This document shows positions 47,352 through 55,635 of a stretch of DNA of 64,000 bases, in pieces (within the stretch, counting starts at the first letter, position 1; the number at the start of each line of letters is the position of its first letter). Both the position numbers and the translations under genes were made by a program. A model generated the notes under the pieces. It was given only the letters and a program-made list of their open reading frames with translations. It ran no database searches and was not told where the DNA came from. Where the stretch lies: the IMG/VR virus record IMGVR_UViG_3300042350_002797, positions 300,555 to 364,554 of that record. The stretch is one strand, 5' to 3'.

Positions 47352-47695
47352 TGAGTGTAACAGGATATACAAATACATACTACACAGGATACCTAGGTGA
47401 GCCACCACTGAAACACACACGCGAGCACATGGTCATCGAAGATCGAGTACACAAAATACACGATGTAACTGTGCATCGTTTTACCATGGGTGATGTAGAA
47501 GATCCAGACTTATATGCTGCTGAACCAATTATAAAATGGCAAAACAGTGAACAAGGTTCCTGGGTCATGGAACATGCCATAGAATCACCAATTTGGCACA
47601 GAATGGTAGACCATGCTAGTTTTGGTTATACATATGTTATCCGTGCCAAACTCAAAGATGTAGATTATACGTTTTATCAACTCAAATGGTCTTGA
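47351..47695 (+). CDS. WFxL-family related protein
   Basis: DVEDPDLYAA...DYTFYQLKWS. Confidence 0.7.
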   Translation: MSVTGYTNTYYTGYLGEPPLKHTREHMVIEDRVHKIHDVTVHRFTMGDVEDPDLYAAEPIIKWQNSEQGSWVMEHAIESPIWHRMVDHASFGYTYVIRAKLKDVDYTFYQLKWS

Positions 47696-47750
47696 CTTAA
47701 ACTCTAATCTGCTGTACAATACAACTATTAACAACTAATTTGGAGCCGTA

Positions 47751-48119
47751 ATGGCTAATATTGCTATGGTTGCTGGTTGGCAGCTTTTAAAAAGTTTTCG
47801 AGATGTAGAAGAACGGGCTAACAAGATTGGCCTAAAATTTGCTCCTTCTAAATATTCTGGCATGGAGTTCGATACTATTGCTCTTATGCCTTTAGACGAA
47901 CACTTACCTGTTTATAATAGAGAAGCAGAAATATTCGCAGGTACACTACAAGACATAGATAAATGGCTACGAGGTGTAGAGTGGGCTCGTAACTATGATG
48001 ACATAATGAAAGTGAGTACTCATGACAAACGACAAACCGCAGAGAGCAAGTATCAGCAAAGAGAGCTTCTTAAAGTTATCCGAGAAGGTGAAAAATCAAA
48101 AGGCATCGAGCGAGTCTGA
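47751..48119 (+). CDS. Hypothetical protein with own sigma70 promoter
   Basis: TTGACT(47692)-N17-TACAAT; GGAG RBS. Confidence 0.7.
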   Translation: MANIAMVAGWQLLKSFRDVEERANKIGLKFAPSKYSGMEFDTIALMPLDEHLPVYNREAEIFAGTLQDIDKWLRGVEWARNYDDIMKVSTHDKRQTAESKYQQRELLKVIREGEKSKGIERV

Positions 48120-48254
48120 CCTTGATGTGCCTATGAGCACCTATGTGTGTACAGGTTGCGGTCGTAAACTGTTTGATATGAACCTTTACTTTTATGGTAA
48201 AGAGAGTACCAAATGTCTTTGGTGTACTAAGTTTCCTAAACAGAAAGAACGCAG

Positions 48255-48452
48255 ATGAAAATAAACTTAACCTGTACTAATTGCGGTGTCGAAGTAAGAA
48301 ATGGTAATGGCTGGTTCCTTAGCGGCTACTACAGCATATCAGGATACTTCTGTAGTCAGTGTTACGACAAGGTATCACACGATAGTTATGGTCAACCCGA
48401 ACGACCAAAGGATTATATGTTGATGTTACTCAAACACGGAGAAAAGATTTGA
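48255..48452 (+). CDS. Small Zn-finger protein
   Basis: CTNC...CSQC. Confidence 0.6.
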   Translation: MKINLTCTNCGVEVRNGNGWFLSGYYSISGYFCSQCYDKVSHDSYGQPERPKDYMLMLLKHGEKI

Positions 48453-48655
48453 ACGAACGAATTAGAGAACTTGCTAGAGAGTCTGGATTCTATGCTAATC
48501 CAGATGTTGAAAAATTTGAAAAGTTCGCTCGGTTGATTGTGCGAGAGTGTGCCCAAGTTAGTGAAGATGATATCACCGATGGAGATGCTTGTTGTACTAA
48601 TACCGCAGTTAGAATTGCTAAACAGATTAAGAAACATTTCGGAGTTGAAGAATGA
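48449..48655 (+). CDS. MNERIRELA-family small protein
   Basis: EKFARLIVRECA...IKKHFGVEE. Confidence 0.7.
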   Translation: MNERIRELARESGFYANPDVEKFEKFARLIVRECAQVSEDDITDGDACCTNTAVRIAKQIKKHFGVEE

Positions 48656-48897
48656 TCTCACTGAGTTTTAACATACGCAACCCATACAGTGATAGATTCG
48701 AAACTTTGGCTAATCCTAGTTGGGAACTTAGCCAATATAAAATGCTAGAGTTGCAATTTGATAAAACCACAGATATCGTAGGATTTGATTTTAGATTGAC
48801 TACTAGACAGAGTCATAGTGGTCTATTCCTTAGCCTAGCGTTACTGGGATTTGAAGCTATCATACACTTCTACGACACAAGACATTGGGTGAACTAA
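48652..48897 (+). CDS. Hypothetical protein
   Basis: Coupled ORF; FYDTRHW. Confidence 0.65.
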   Translation: MISLSFNIRNPYSDRFETLANPSWELSQYKMLELQFDKTTDIVGFDFRLTTRQSHSGLFLSLALLGFEAIIHFYDTRHWVN

Positions 48898-49183
48898 ATG
48901 ATATTAGAAATGATAGTGTGGGGATTCTTTTCAGCCTGGGGCTGGATTGGTGCCAACTATATCAAAGATAAGATATGGCCCGAACAGCCTCCTGCTATCG
49001 TACAACCTGAAAAGAAAGATGAAAAACAATGACAACTTATATTTTAGTTTTTTGGTTAGCTACGCCTAGTAACTTTGCTGAACATAACAGATATCAATCC
49101 GAAAACGAATGTCGTCAAGCTGCAATCGTGTGGAATCAAAGACTTCAACAGGTTAAATCTAAAATGATAGCAGAGTGTAGACT

Positions 49184-49414
49184 ATGACCAAATATAAAAT
49201 TGTAGAAGAAAAAGACGGCAATGGTGATGTCCATTACGAAATATGGACTGAACAGAAATTTCTTTGGTGGGCTTTCTGGAGTCCAATCAAACATAATGAT
49301 TCAGATACTTACAGAATAACTAGAAAGTTTAGCACCTTAGAAAGTGCTAAAAAGTTTATCAATGTTCACTATCGGGAACGTCGTGTAGTAGAGGAAGGCC
49401 AAATTGAAAACTAA
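49184..49414 (+). CDS. Hypothetical protein
   Basis: Coupled ORF. Confidence 0.6.
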   Translation: MTKYKIVEEKDGNGDVHYEIWTEQKFLWWAFWSPIKHNDSDTYRITRKFSTLESAKKFINVHYRERRVVEEGQIEN

Positions 49415-49613
49415 AGAAGAAATTATAACTGGTATGTGCTACACTTGGCGTCATGACTACGGTTTGAACAAACAATCCGATGACACAGTCATCAGTTCGA
49501 TTACTGCCGGCATGTCAGATTCGGAAAGACAGAGTCTTTACAAACAGATGGAACAATTGTATACTCATCACATACAACCGTTAGTTGAAGAAATTAATCA
49601 GCTAAAGAATTGA
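49404..49613 (+). CDS. Hypothetical protein
   Basis: MCYTWRHDYGL. Confidence 0.6.
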   Translation: MKTKEEIITGMCYTWRHDYGLNKQSDDTVISSITAGMSDSERQSLYKQMEQLYTHHIQPLVEEINQLKN

Positions 49614-49641
49614 CCGTGGGGAAAGACCCATACAGATTAAA

Positions 49642-49717
49642 GCACTGGTAGCTCAACGGTTAGAGCCGGAGTCTCTAAAGCTCAAGGTTATGGGTTCGAA
49701 TCCCATTCGGTGCACCA
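49642..49717 (+). tRNA. Amber suppressor tRNA, anticodon CTA
   Basis: 76-nt cloverleaf: GCACTGG/TCGGTGC acceptor, GCTC/GAGC D-stem, anticodon loop CT-CTA-AA (CTA at 49675-77 = positions 34-36), ATGGG-TTCGAAT-CCCAT T-arm, A73, encoded CCA. Confidence 0.85.
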
Positions 49718-49732
49718 AACAAAGGAAATATT

Positions 49733-49975
49733 ATGACTTATCAATTTGAACTGGATGTCAGCACTAACATCGATGCTCAAACTGTTGAACAAATTGTTGC
49801 TAACATTGTACAAGAACGTACAGGTAAACAAGTAGATAAAATACTAACCAAAATGACCGACGGTAAGTTCGACGGTTTTGAAATACATTTTGTCAGCGAA
49901 ATAGCAGATACTACACCTAGTAAAAAAGAACATATAATTGATAAAACATTTAAGGTGTTTAAATGGGATCAATAA
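49733..49975 (+). CDS. Hypothetical protein
   Basis: AAGGA RBS; lies between the suppressor tRNA and the amber-containing gene. Confidence 0.7.
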   Translation: MTYQFELDVSTNIDAQTVEQIVANIVQERTGKQVDKILTKMTDGKFDGFEIHFVSEIADTTPSKKEHIIDKTFKVFKWDQ

Positions 49976-50005
49976 ATACATTGCTAATTTTTTAAGGAGA
50001 TTAAA

Positions 50006-50569
50006 ATGGCATAGATTGAATTTGCATGTGATGATATAGTTTTCCACTTTAACAAGAAACATTTGGAAGACTCGACTATTCCTATGTGGGTCGTTAAATT
50101 TCATGGGGAAACTTATTATGTAGAACACGTTGACTGCGATGTTCCGTGGAGCACAAAAGAAACGCCAACAAACAGTCATACCAAGGGCAGTATTAAGGTC
50201 AAGAATGTATTACTTACAATCGACGACAACAACTGTGCCCACATTACTAATTTAACACTAATTGATAAAGTAAGACTGCGTAACCAACGGTTAGGCATTA
50301 CTCGTATCATCTTTGCGTATGGCAATAAAATGCATAACGCCTTAATGGCTAACGAGTATAAACACAGTCCATTTAAGAACGTTAGTGGGGGATGCGGAAC
50401 TGCTTGGGTAGTTTGTGATTTACTCAAAAAGACAGAGTACACTTTGGCCAGTTTAAAATATAGCAACGATTTCAGAGTGCTCAAACCAAACGAAGCTTAT
50501 TACAAAGCCTATGATGATCCAAATCAAAAATGGATTGAAGAAGATGAACTTGACTACGAAGAGGAATGA
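50006..50569 (+). CDS. Hypothetical protein with in-frame TAG at codon 3 (amber read-through candidate)
   Basis: AAGGAGA-N5-ATG GCA TAG ATT GAA TTT GCA TGT...; in frame with the 50063..50569 ORF, whose TTG start has no SD. Confidence 0.7.
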
Positions 50570-50584
50570 TAGTATACTATGAAC

Positions 50585-50773
50585 ATGGTAATACAATTAC
50601 AAAGAGATATTAATTTTAATCAATTGGAAGCAGACTTAGAAGCGTTAAGACTCACACCAAAAAAAGATTATAAATTAACGTTTCATTACGAAGATAATGA
50701 AATATCCATAGAGTTTATGAACCCTATGAAAGCCAGTTTATGGAGAATTGCGGTTGGCTATAAGTATATCTGA
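50585..50773 (+). CDS. Small protein, probably leaderless
   Basis: TTGACT(50550)-N17-TATACT; ATG 50585 is 7 nt after the -10. Confidence 0.55.
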   Translation: MVIQLQRDINFNQLEADLEALRLTPKKDYKLTFHYEDNEISIEFMNPMKASLWRIAVGYKYI

Positions 50774-51095
50774 TTGTGCAAAAGTTGTACGTTTTGGTCG
50801 AGTGGCTGTGATCCACAGTCCTCAGCATGGTGCTGGCTGGTATAGCTGGCATCGTATTGAAGAATTACTGTTTGATCCACAACTGGTTGACATGATCGAA
50901 CGCGGAGCCGAGGCTGAAGAAGTAGAAGCCTACTGCGAAGAACACTATCAAAACGAACACAAATCCGCTTATTGGGGCGGTGTAGATGATCTTGTGATTA
51001 CTTGGATTCCCGAAGGCAGCTTATTTCGTATAGACGAATACGACGGTGCCGAAACTATTGTACTACAAGACGATGACCTCTGGATCGTTGCCTGA
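50748..51095 (+). CDS. Hypothetical phage protein
   Basis: SP.HGAGWYSW...FRIDEYDGAE. Confidence 0.7.
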   Translation: MRLAISISDCAKVVRFGRVAVIHSPQHGAGWYSWHRIEELLFDPQLVDMIERGAEAEEVEAYCEEHYQNEHKSAYWGGVDDLVITWIPEGSLFRIDEYDGAETIVLQDDDLWIVA

Positions 51096-51321
51096 CTCTA
51101 TCAGAGTCTATCTAACAGACGAACATCATCCGGATCTTGACTATAATCGTATGAGATTGTATTTTATAGATGCTGCTATCTGGGCTACTAAACATTGTCC
51201 AAGTTATAAACGATTTGACATACAAGATGTGGCTGACCATAGCCTAACCTGTGATCAAATTGCTGAATATGAATTCACCGACGAAAAGGATGTGATGTGG
51301 TTTAAATTGAGGTGGCGATGA
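51073..51321 (+). CDS. WFxL[KR]W-family small protein
   Basis: AAIWATKHC...DVMWFKLRW. Confidence 0.7.
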   Translation: MTSGSLPDSIRVYLTDEHHPDLDYNRMRLYFIDAAIWATKHCPSYKRFDIQDVADHSLTCDQIAEYEFTDEKDVMWFKLRWR

Positions 51322-51530
51322 ACGAAATCTTAAAAGACATTTATTATTTGATCCTTGTATTTGCGGTTACTTGGGTAGCTTTTTATCTGGGTACTAGGCA
51401 TGACACTGTGGAACGACGTACTAATAGATATGATTGTGCTCTTACTGAATTTGTAGCTGACATTCCACAGGATGTTAGAAACGAGTGTAGACGTCGTAGA
51501 ATTGACTCAATAAATAAACAAAAGGACTAA
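51318..51530 (+). CDS. Small membrane protein
   Basis: N-terminal TM; YDC...ECR. Confidence 0.6.
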   Translation: MNEILKDIYYLILVFAVTWVAFYLGTRHDTVERRTNRYDCALTEFVADIPQDVRNECRRRRIDSINKQKD

Positions 51531-51531
51531 C

Positions 51532-51897
51532 ATGGATTTCTTAATGGGAATATTAGTGGGCATTGGTATTGGCTTCCTTTGGGGAGTATGGCGTGCTACA
51601 CAAAGTTTTATAGAACGTATTGTTGAGAAGCCCGAGGAGATACGTGAAATCATGGCCAGGGTAGAACGTGCAACACGAGAAGACGCTGCGGAATCCTCTA
51701 GTCAAGAATCTAAATCCAAATCAAAAGAGGAATACCGTACAGAATGGCATCAAGGCGTGTGTTATCTATACGACCATAATGATAACTTTATGGCACAAGG
51801 TGCTGATGTTGTCGAAGCCATGAATAACGCTGAACGACGATTCCCAGGATTGAAGCTGAACTTTCGAGTAAATGATCCTGACAAATCCCACCAATAA
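51532..51897 (+). CDS. Membrane-anchored hypothetical protein
   Basis: AAGGA RBS; N-terminal TM; FMAQG. Confidence 0.7.
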   Translation: MDFLMGILVGIGIGFLWGVWRATQSFIERIVEKPEEIREIMARVERATREDAAESSSQESKSKSKEEYRTEWHQGVCYLYDHNDNFMAQGADVVEAMNNAERRFPGLKLNFRVNDPDKSHQ

Positions 51898-51987
51898 GTT
51901 TGCTCTTGTACAAACTATAACATATAATAGCGATTAACTGCACAAGCAGTCTTTAAAGCCTGTTTATTAACTTAAAGGAGATTAGGC

Positions 51988-52257
51988 ATGTTTCAAAAAC
52001 TTAACAAAGGCACCAAGGCCTTCAAACTTTTCACTGCACTATACAACGGTGAGACCCTTACCCCAGCACAGATTCAAAAGCGTTTTGGTATCAAAAACGT
52101 GACTGCTGAAGTTAGCCGTGTACGTCAAGGTGGATACGCTGTCTATGCTAAGACAGAACGAGCTACTAATGGTCAACGTGTTACCCGTTACGAAATGGGT
52201 CAGCCAAGCCGTAACATTGTAGCTGCCGGTTATCGTGCTCTTGCACTAGGTCTATAA
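51988..52257 (+). CDS. Putative winged-HTH DNA-binding protein
   Basis: LTPAQIQKRFGIKNVTAEVSRVRQGGY; own promoter, AAGGAG RBS and terminator. Confidence 0.6.
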   Translation: MFQKLNKGTKAFKLFTALYNGETLTPAQIQKRFGIKNVTAEVSRVRQGGYAVYAKTERATNGQRVTRYEMGQPSRNIVAAGYRALALGL

Positions 52258-52287
52258 ACCGTAGCCAAGTAGTTACTGGCGGTTTAG

Positions 52288-52312
52288 AAGCACTGTTCGC
52301 AGTGCTTTTTTT
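52288..52312 (+). terminator. Intrinsic terminator
   Basis: aagcactg-ttcg-cagtgctt followed by a T-run. Confidence 0.85.
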
Positions 52313-52338
52313 ATGGGTAAATATTCGTGGAGCGAGCA

Positions 52339-52560
52339 ATGTTATTCATAGATCAAGACCCTGACACGGGCATCAACACCTATATGGTGTGCAATGACGC
52401 AGGACTGTGTCTTATACGTACTACCAGTAGTCGTATAGCTAATTTTGTCGAACGTCACAGTCGAGGTGTAGCTCCAAGCCTGAGGCTCACTGTGGGAGGA
52501 GATCCAGGTACTCGAACTAATCAACATCTTTGGCAACATGTTAGACGTTGGTCAAAATAA
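52339..52560 (+). CDS. Hypothetical protein
   Basis: GGAG RBS before ATG. Confidence 0.6.
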   Translation: MLFIDQDPDTGINTYMVCNDAGLCLIRTTSSRIANFVERHSRGVAPSLRLTVGGDPGTRTNQHLWQHVRRWSK

Positions 52561-52638
52561 ACTGCTCACATTTGCCCTACCCCTATTAGCCTAGGTAGTA
52601 AATATTCTCTGTAGTAAGCCAACCCTTAAGGAGAATAT

Positions 52639-53577
52639 ATGGCAACTAAGAAGCCAGCAGCTAAACCTGCAACCAAAAAAGCCCCAGTGAAGAAACCTGT
52701 GGCTAAAATCAAAGCATCTACCAAAAAACCTACGGCCGTAAAAAAGCCCGCACCAAAGAAAACTAAACCAGCAGCACAACCAGTAGAACAAGAATTAGAC
52801 TTTAAACCCATGAGCAGCTTCTTATCCATGCATGCCGGTATGGATCCAGAACAGCAAGCAGCTCTAATCGCTGAACAAACTCGTCGTGCTTTTGATGTAG
52901 AAGCTTATGTACAGTTTAACGTAGCACAAACACAGGTAGCACGTAGTATCGTAGAAGAAAACGTCACTGATGCCATGCAGTCATGGGCTATTAATGCTGG
53001 CGGTAATCGTGAAATGATCATGCGTACTACAGATGATGTTTATCGTAATCGTCTTATGATGTTGAACTTGCTTAAACCTGCTAACCCAGTGGAAGCAGCA
53101 TTTCAAGAGTCAATGATCAACAAGACTAAATTGGAATACCTACAGCATCGTAATGTAATGAATCGTCGTATGGTGGATATCGCTCATGATATGGCCAACG
53201 CTATTAAGGCTATTGGTCAAGCATCAGAGAAGTTCTATCTAGCCAACGAAGAAATGGCAGCATTTATCAACGATACCGCAGACGAAAATGCAGTATGGTT
53301 CGATGGCGAACTACGTACTATGATGCGTGAAGCTACTGGCGTGACTAATGATCAGCGTATCAGTCATAGTATGGAAATCAGTCAACTATTGGCTCAGGAC
53401 GCTCAAACTGGTCGTGCCCGTATTAGAGAAGTAGCTGAGTTCGCTCAAACCCTAGGCGATAGCTTACAAGAACTACAGGAAAACGGTAACGAACTGCGCG
53501 AAGAAGTTATAAGTATTCGTGAAAAAATTGACGCTAGTCAACGTAGAATCGCAGACACAATCAGTAAACGTGTCTAA
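52639..53577 (+). CDS. Histone-H1-like K/A/P-rich N-terminus + long helical/coiled-coil domain
   Basis: MATKKPAAKPATKKAPVKK...; AAGGAG RBS; TAAATA upstream. Confidence 0.75.
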   Translation: MATKKPAAKPATKKAPVKKPVAKIKASTKKPTAVKKPAPKKTKPAAQPVEQELDFKPMSSFLSMHAGMDPEQQAALIAEQTRRAFDVEAYVQFNVAQTQVARSIVEENVTDAMQSWAINAGGNREMIMRTTDDVYRNRLMMLNLLKPANPVEAAFQESMINKTKLEYLQHRNVMNRRMVDIAHDMANAIKAIGQASEKFYLANEEMAAFINDTADENAVWFDGELRTMMREATGVTNDQRISHSMEISQLLAQDAQTGRARIREVAEFAQTLGDSLQELQENGNELREEVISIREKIDASQRRIADTISKRV

Positions 53578-53836
53578 TATAATCATACGCTCAAGGGCAC
53601 CTAGTGTAGTAGAAATGGCTGTACCTTGGCGTAGACGCAGCAGAATACGACGTATACTAAATGAACTTAGACGTATACGTCGTAGTCAACCTCATATCCG
53701 ATTAGAATACTGTAGACAACAACACATGATCTATGTTAGATTTGATCAGGATAGAGACTATACCCTATTCCAATTAATGTGGCCCATAGATTGTACTCCA
53801 TTTGAACTGACCTCACATTGGCCTACAACTGCGTAG
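53570..53836 (+). CDS. Arg-rich protein with WFxL-like C-terminus
   Basis: RDYTLFQLMW; start uncertain; ends in TAG. Confidence 0.5.
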   Translation: MSNIIIRSRAPSVVEMAVPWRRRSRIRRILNELRRIRRSQPHIRLEYCRQQHMIYVRFDQDRDYTLFQLMWPIDCTPFELTSHWPTTA

Positions 53837-53880
53837 CAGCCGCGACGCACCCGCAACAATAAAAAATCCTTAAATACAGT

Positions 53881-54114
53881 ATGTGGATACTGAACCTATA
53901 CTTCTTTGTGGTAATCTTCGCTGCTATACGCACAGGCGACTTATGGATGATCATCCCTATTACAATAATATTCATGCTACTACACTACTGGCTAGCAGAA
54001 ACGGAAGATAATGGAACTGATAACTATACTCAAAGGCCCGGCAGCTATGATAACAACTATTATAATAGGCTGGCTGATGATACGCACAGTGATTTGGATA
54101 ACTCAAAGACATGA
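53881..54114 (+). CDS. Small membrane protein
   Basis: Two hydrophobic segments; TAAATA just upstream. Confidence 0.55.
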   Translation: MWILNLYFFVVIFAAIRTGDLWMIIPITIIFMLLHYWLAETEDNGTDNYTQRPGSYDNNYYNRLADDTHSDLDNSKT

Positions 54115-54192
54115 TGAGTAACATATACTTGTTTGCACTGATTATAGCACTGACAGCTACATGGATTAGTCTACTTATGGGCGGAGAATAAC

Positions 54193-54414
54193 ATGTGGGT
54201 ATTATTAATCAGCTTATATTTGGGACAACCTTTGGGTCAGACTGAAAGCAAAGGTATGATACATGCACCACACACTAGCTACGAAGCTTGCCTAAAAGCT
54301 AGAGATCAAGTTCGAGCAACTTGGCAATTAGATGGATATAGAACTACAGCACGATGCATATGGGTCAAACACTATAGCACAAACAACGGAGCATACAATG
54401 AGCGATTTAAATAA
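54193..54414 (+). CDS. Small membrane-anchored two-Cys protein
   Basis: MWVLLISL...YEACLKA...ARCI. Confidence 0.6.
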   Translation: MWVLLISLYLGQPLGQTESKGMIHAPHTSYEACLKARDQVRATWQLDGYRTTARCIWVKHYSTNNGAYNERFK

Positions 54415-54595
54415 ACACTTGGATGAAAACCCCACACCAGCACCCTGTGAAGATAACACAGATAAAGAACGATTAGAACTAAAGAGCAAGTGGTTTAGTG
54501 TAAAGCTGGAAGAAATTAACGGATACACATTAGCTGCTATGGCCATGATCTTGACAGCTTTGGTTATAATTGTGGCTCTACTTGTGCCAGCATGA
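54398..54595 (+). CDS. Small membrane protein
   Basis: GGAG RBS before ATG 54398; C-terminal TM. Confidence 0.55.
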   Translation: MSDLNKHLDENPTPAPCEDNTDKERLELKSKWFSVKLEEINGYTLAAMAMILTALVIIVALLVPA

Positions 54596-54668
54596 AAACT
54601 ATACATGTACAGGCTCTGGTGACAGGGCTAATCTTGGCAACAGTTGCACTATACAGCTGGATCACATA

Positions 54669-54870
54669 AGGCCCCGCTGCGCACAATTAAGGACGAATTA
54701 TGATATTCCCAGATTTACCTAAACATTATCAATGGATGCAAACAGCACCGGAACTTGTACAGAATAGAACAGCTGAGGTTCACACAGTACAGGCCCCGCT
54801 GCGCACATCTAGTGGTCTTACTATAGATGAATGGTTTGAAGAACATGGATTCAGCACAGGCCCCGCTGCG
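54669..54870 (+). repeat. GC-rich direct repeat AGGCCCCGCTGCG(CACA) x3
   Basis: 54669-85 and 54791-807 are identical 17-mers; 54858-70 is a 13-mer; a further 12-mer is at 60916. Confidence 0.85.
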
Positions 54871-54999
54871 GGATCTGCGAGAAACAGTGAAGAACCTATA
54901 GATTGGTTAGCTCGTGATGCTTGGGAATTCTATGCATTGTGTACAGCTATGGTTTTATGGATTGTGTACTGGTATGGCGTACACCTAGGAGCATGGTAA
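54700..54999 (+). CDS. Hypothetical membrane protein
   Basis: AAGGA RBS; C-terminal TM. Confidence 0.55.
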   Translation: MIFPDLPKHYQWMQTAPELVQNRTAEVHTVQAPLRTSSGLTIDEWFEEHGFSTGPAAGSARNSEEPIDWLARDAWEFYALCTAMVLWIVYWYGVHLGAW

Positions 55000-55503
55000 T
55001 GAAATGGTTATGGGGTTGGATTGCCGTGGCGGCACATGTAATGATGGAAGTCCTGGCGGCTATTGGATCGGCACATTTGTGGTAGAAAGTATTATACTAT
55101 AGCCTGTCGTGACCTTAACCAAACTAATTCTTCACACCGTTGCCGCCCTATGGTAGACTAAAGTATGAGCCACAACCCCAAGGTTCGTCACACAATTCTA
55201 CACTTTTTCACACCTTTTGACACTTTTCTGCCGCTTTTCTACATCTAGATTACAGAATCGTTGTGATTCTGTACACAATTTCACACTTTGTTAGTAGAAT
55301 CATAATGGCGCCCCAACCGTTGCGGATTCTGCAACTGTATTCTAGGTTAGTGTGCGCTTACTTACACAGTTGTGAATTTATTAAGTTAGTTAGTGCTTAC
55401 TATACACAGAACCGTTGCCCACCCTCCACGTCCATCCCCAGACACGCTGTTCGAACCGTTGGACCTAGGAGTTGTTGGTTTTGTTCGCTCTCTTAGTGTG
55501 TAT

Positions 55504-55532
55504 ATTATAGCACCTCTAGCCAAAAAGTCAAC
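55504..55532 (-). promoter_or_regulatory. Leftward sigma70 promoter with no evident ORF
   Basis: (GG)TTGACT-ttttggctagaggtgc-TATAAT on the minus strand, same family as the rightward cassette promoters. Confidence 0.7.
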
Positions 55533-55635
55533 CAAAATCGTGCAGATTCGCAAAAATACAACACTTTCTTTTTTGGTTGACATTTGATGTAGATAGTGTA
55601 TAATAGTGGCTTAGTTAGTTAATTAAGGAGCTGAG

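Noticed and set aside
49642-49717. Reading the tRNA as Arg(TCT)
   Set aside because: That register puts C at position 33 and destroys the anticodon stem; CTA falls exactly at positions 34-36.
49718-49740. tRNA-associated theta (HDV-like) ribozyme after the suppressor tRNA
   Set aside because: CCA is followed directly by an A-rich SD and the next ATG, leaving no room or structure.
55263-55587. ORFs across the non-coding junction
   Set aside because: No SD, they overlap divergent promoters and repeats, and their composition is atypical.
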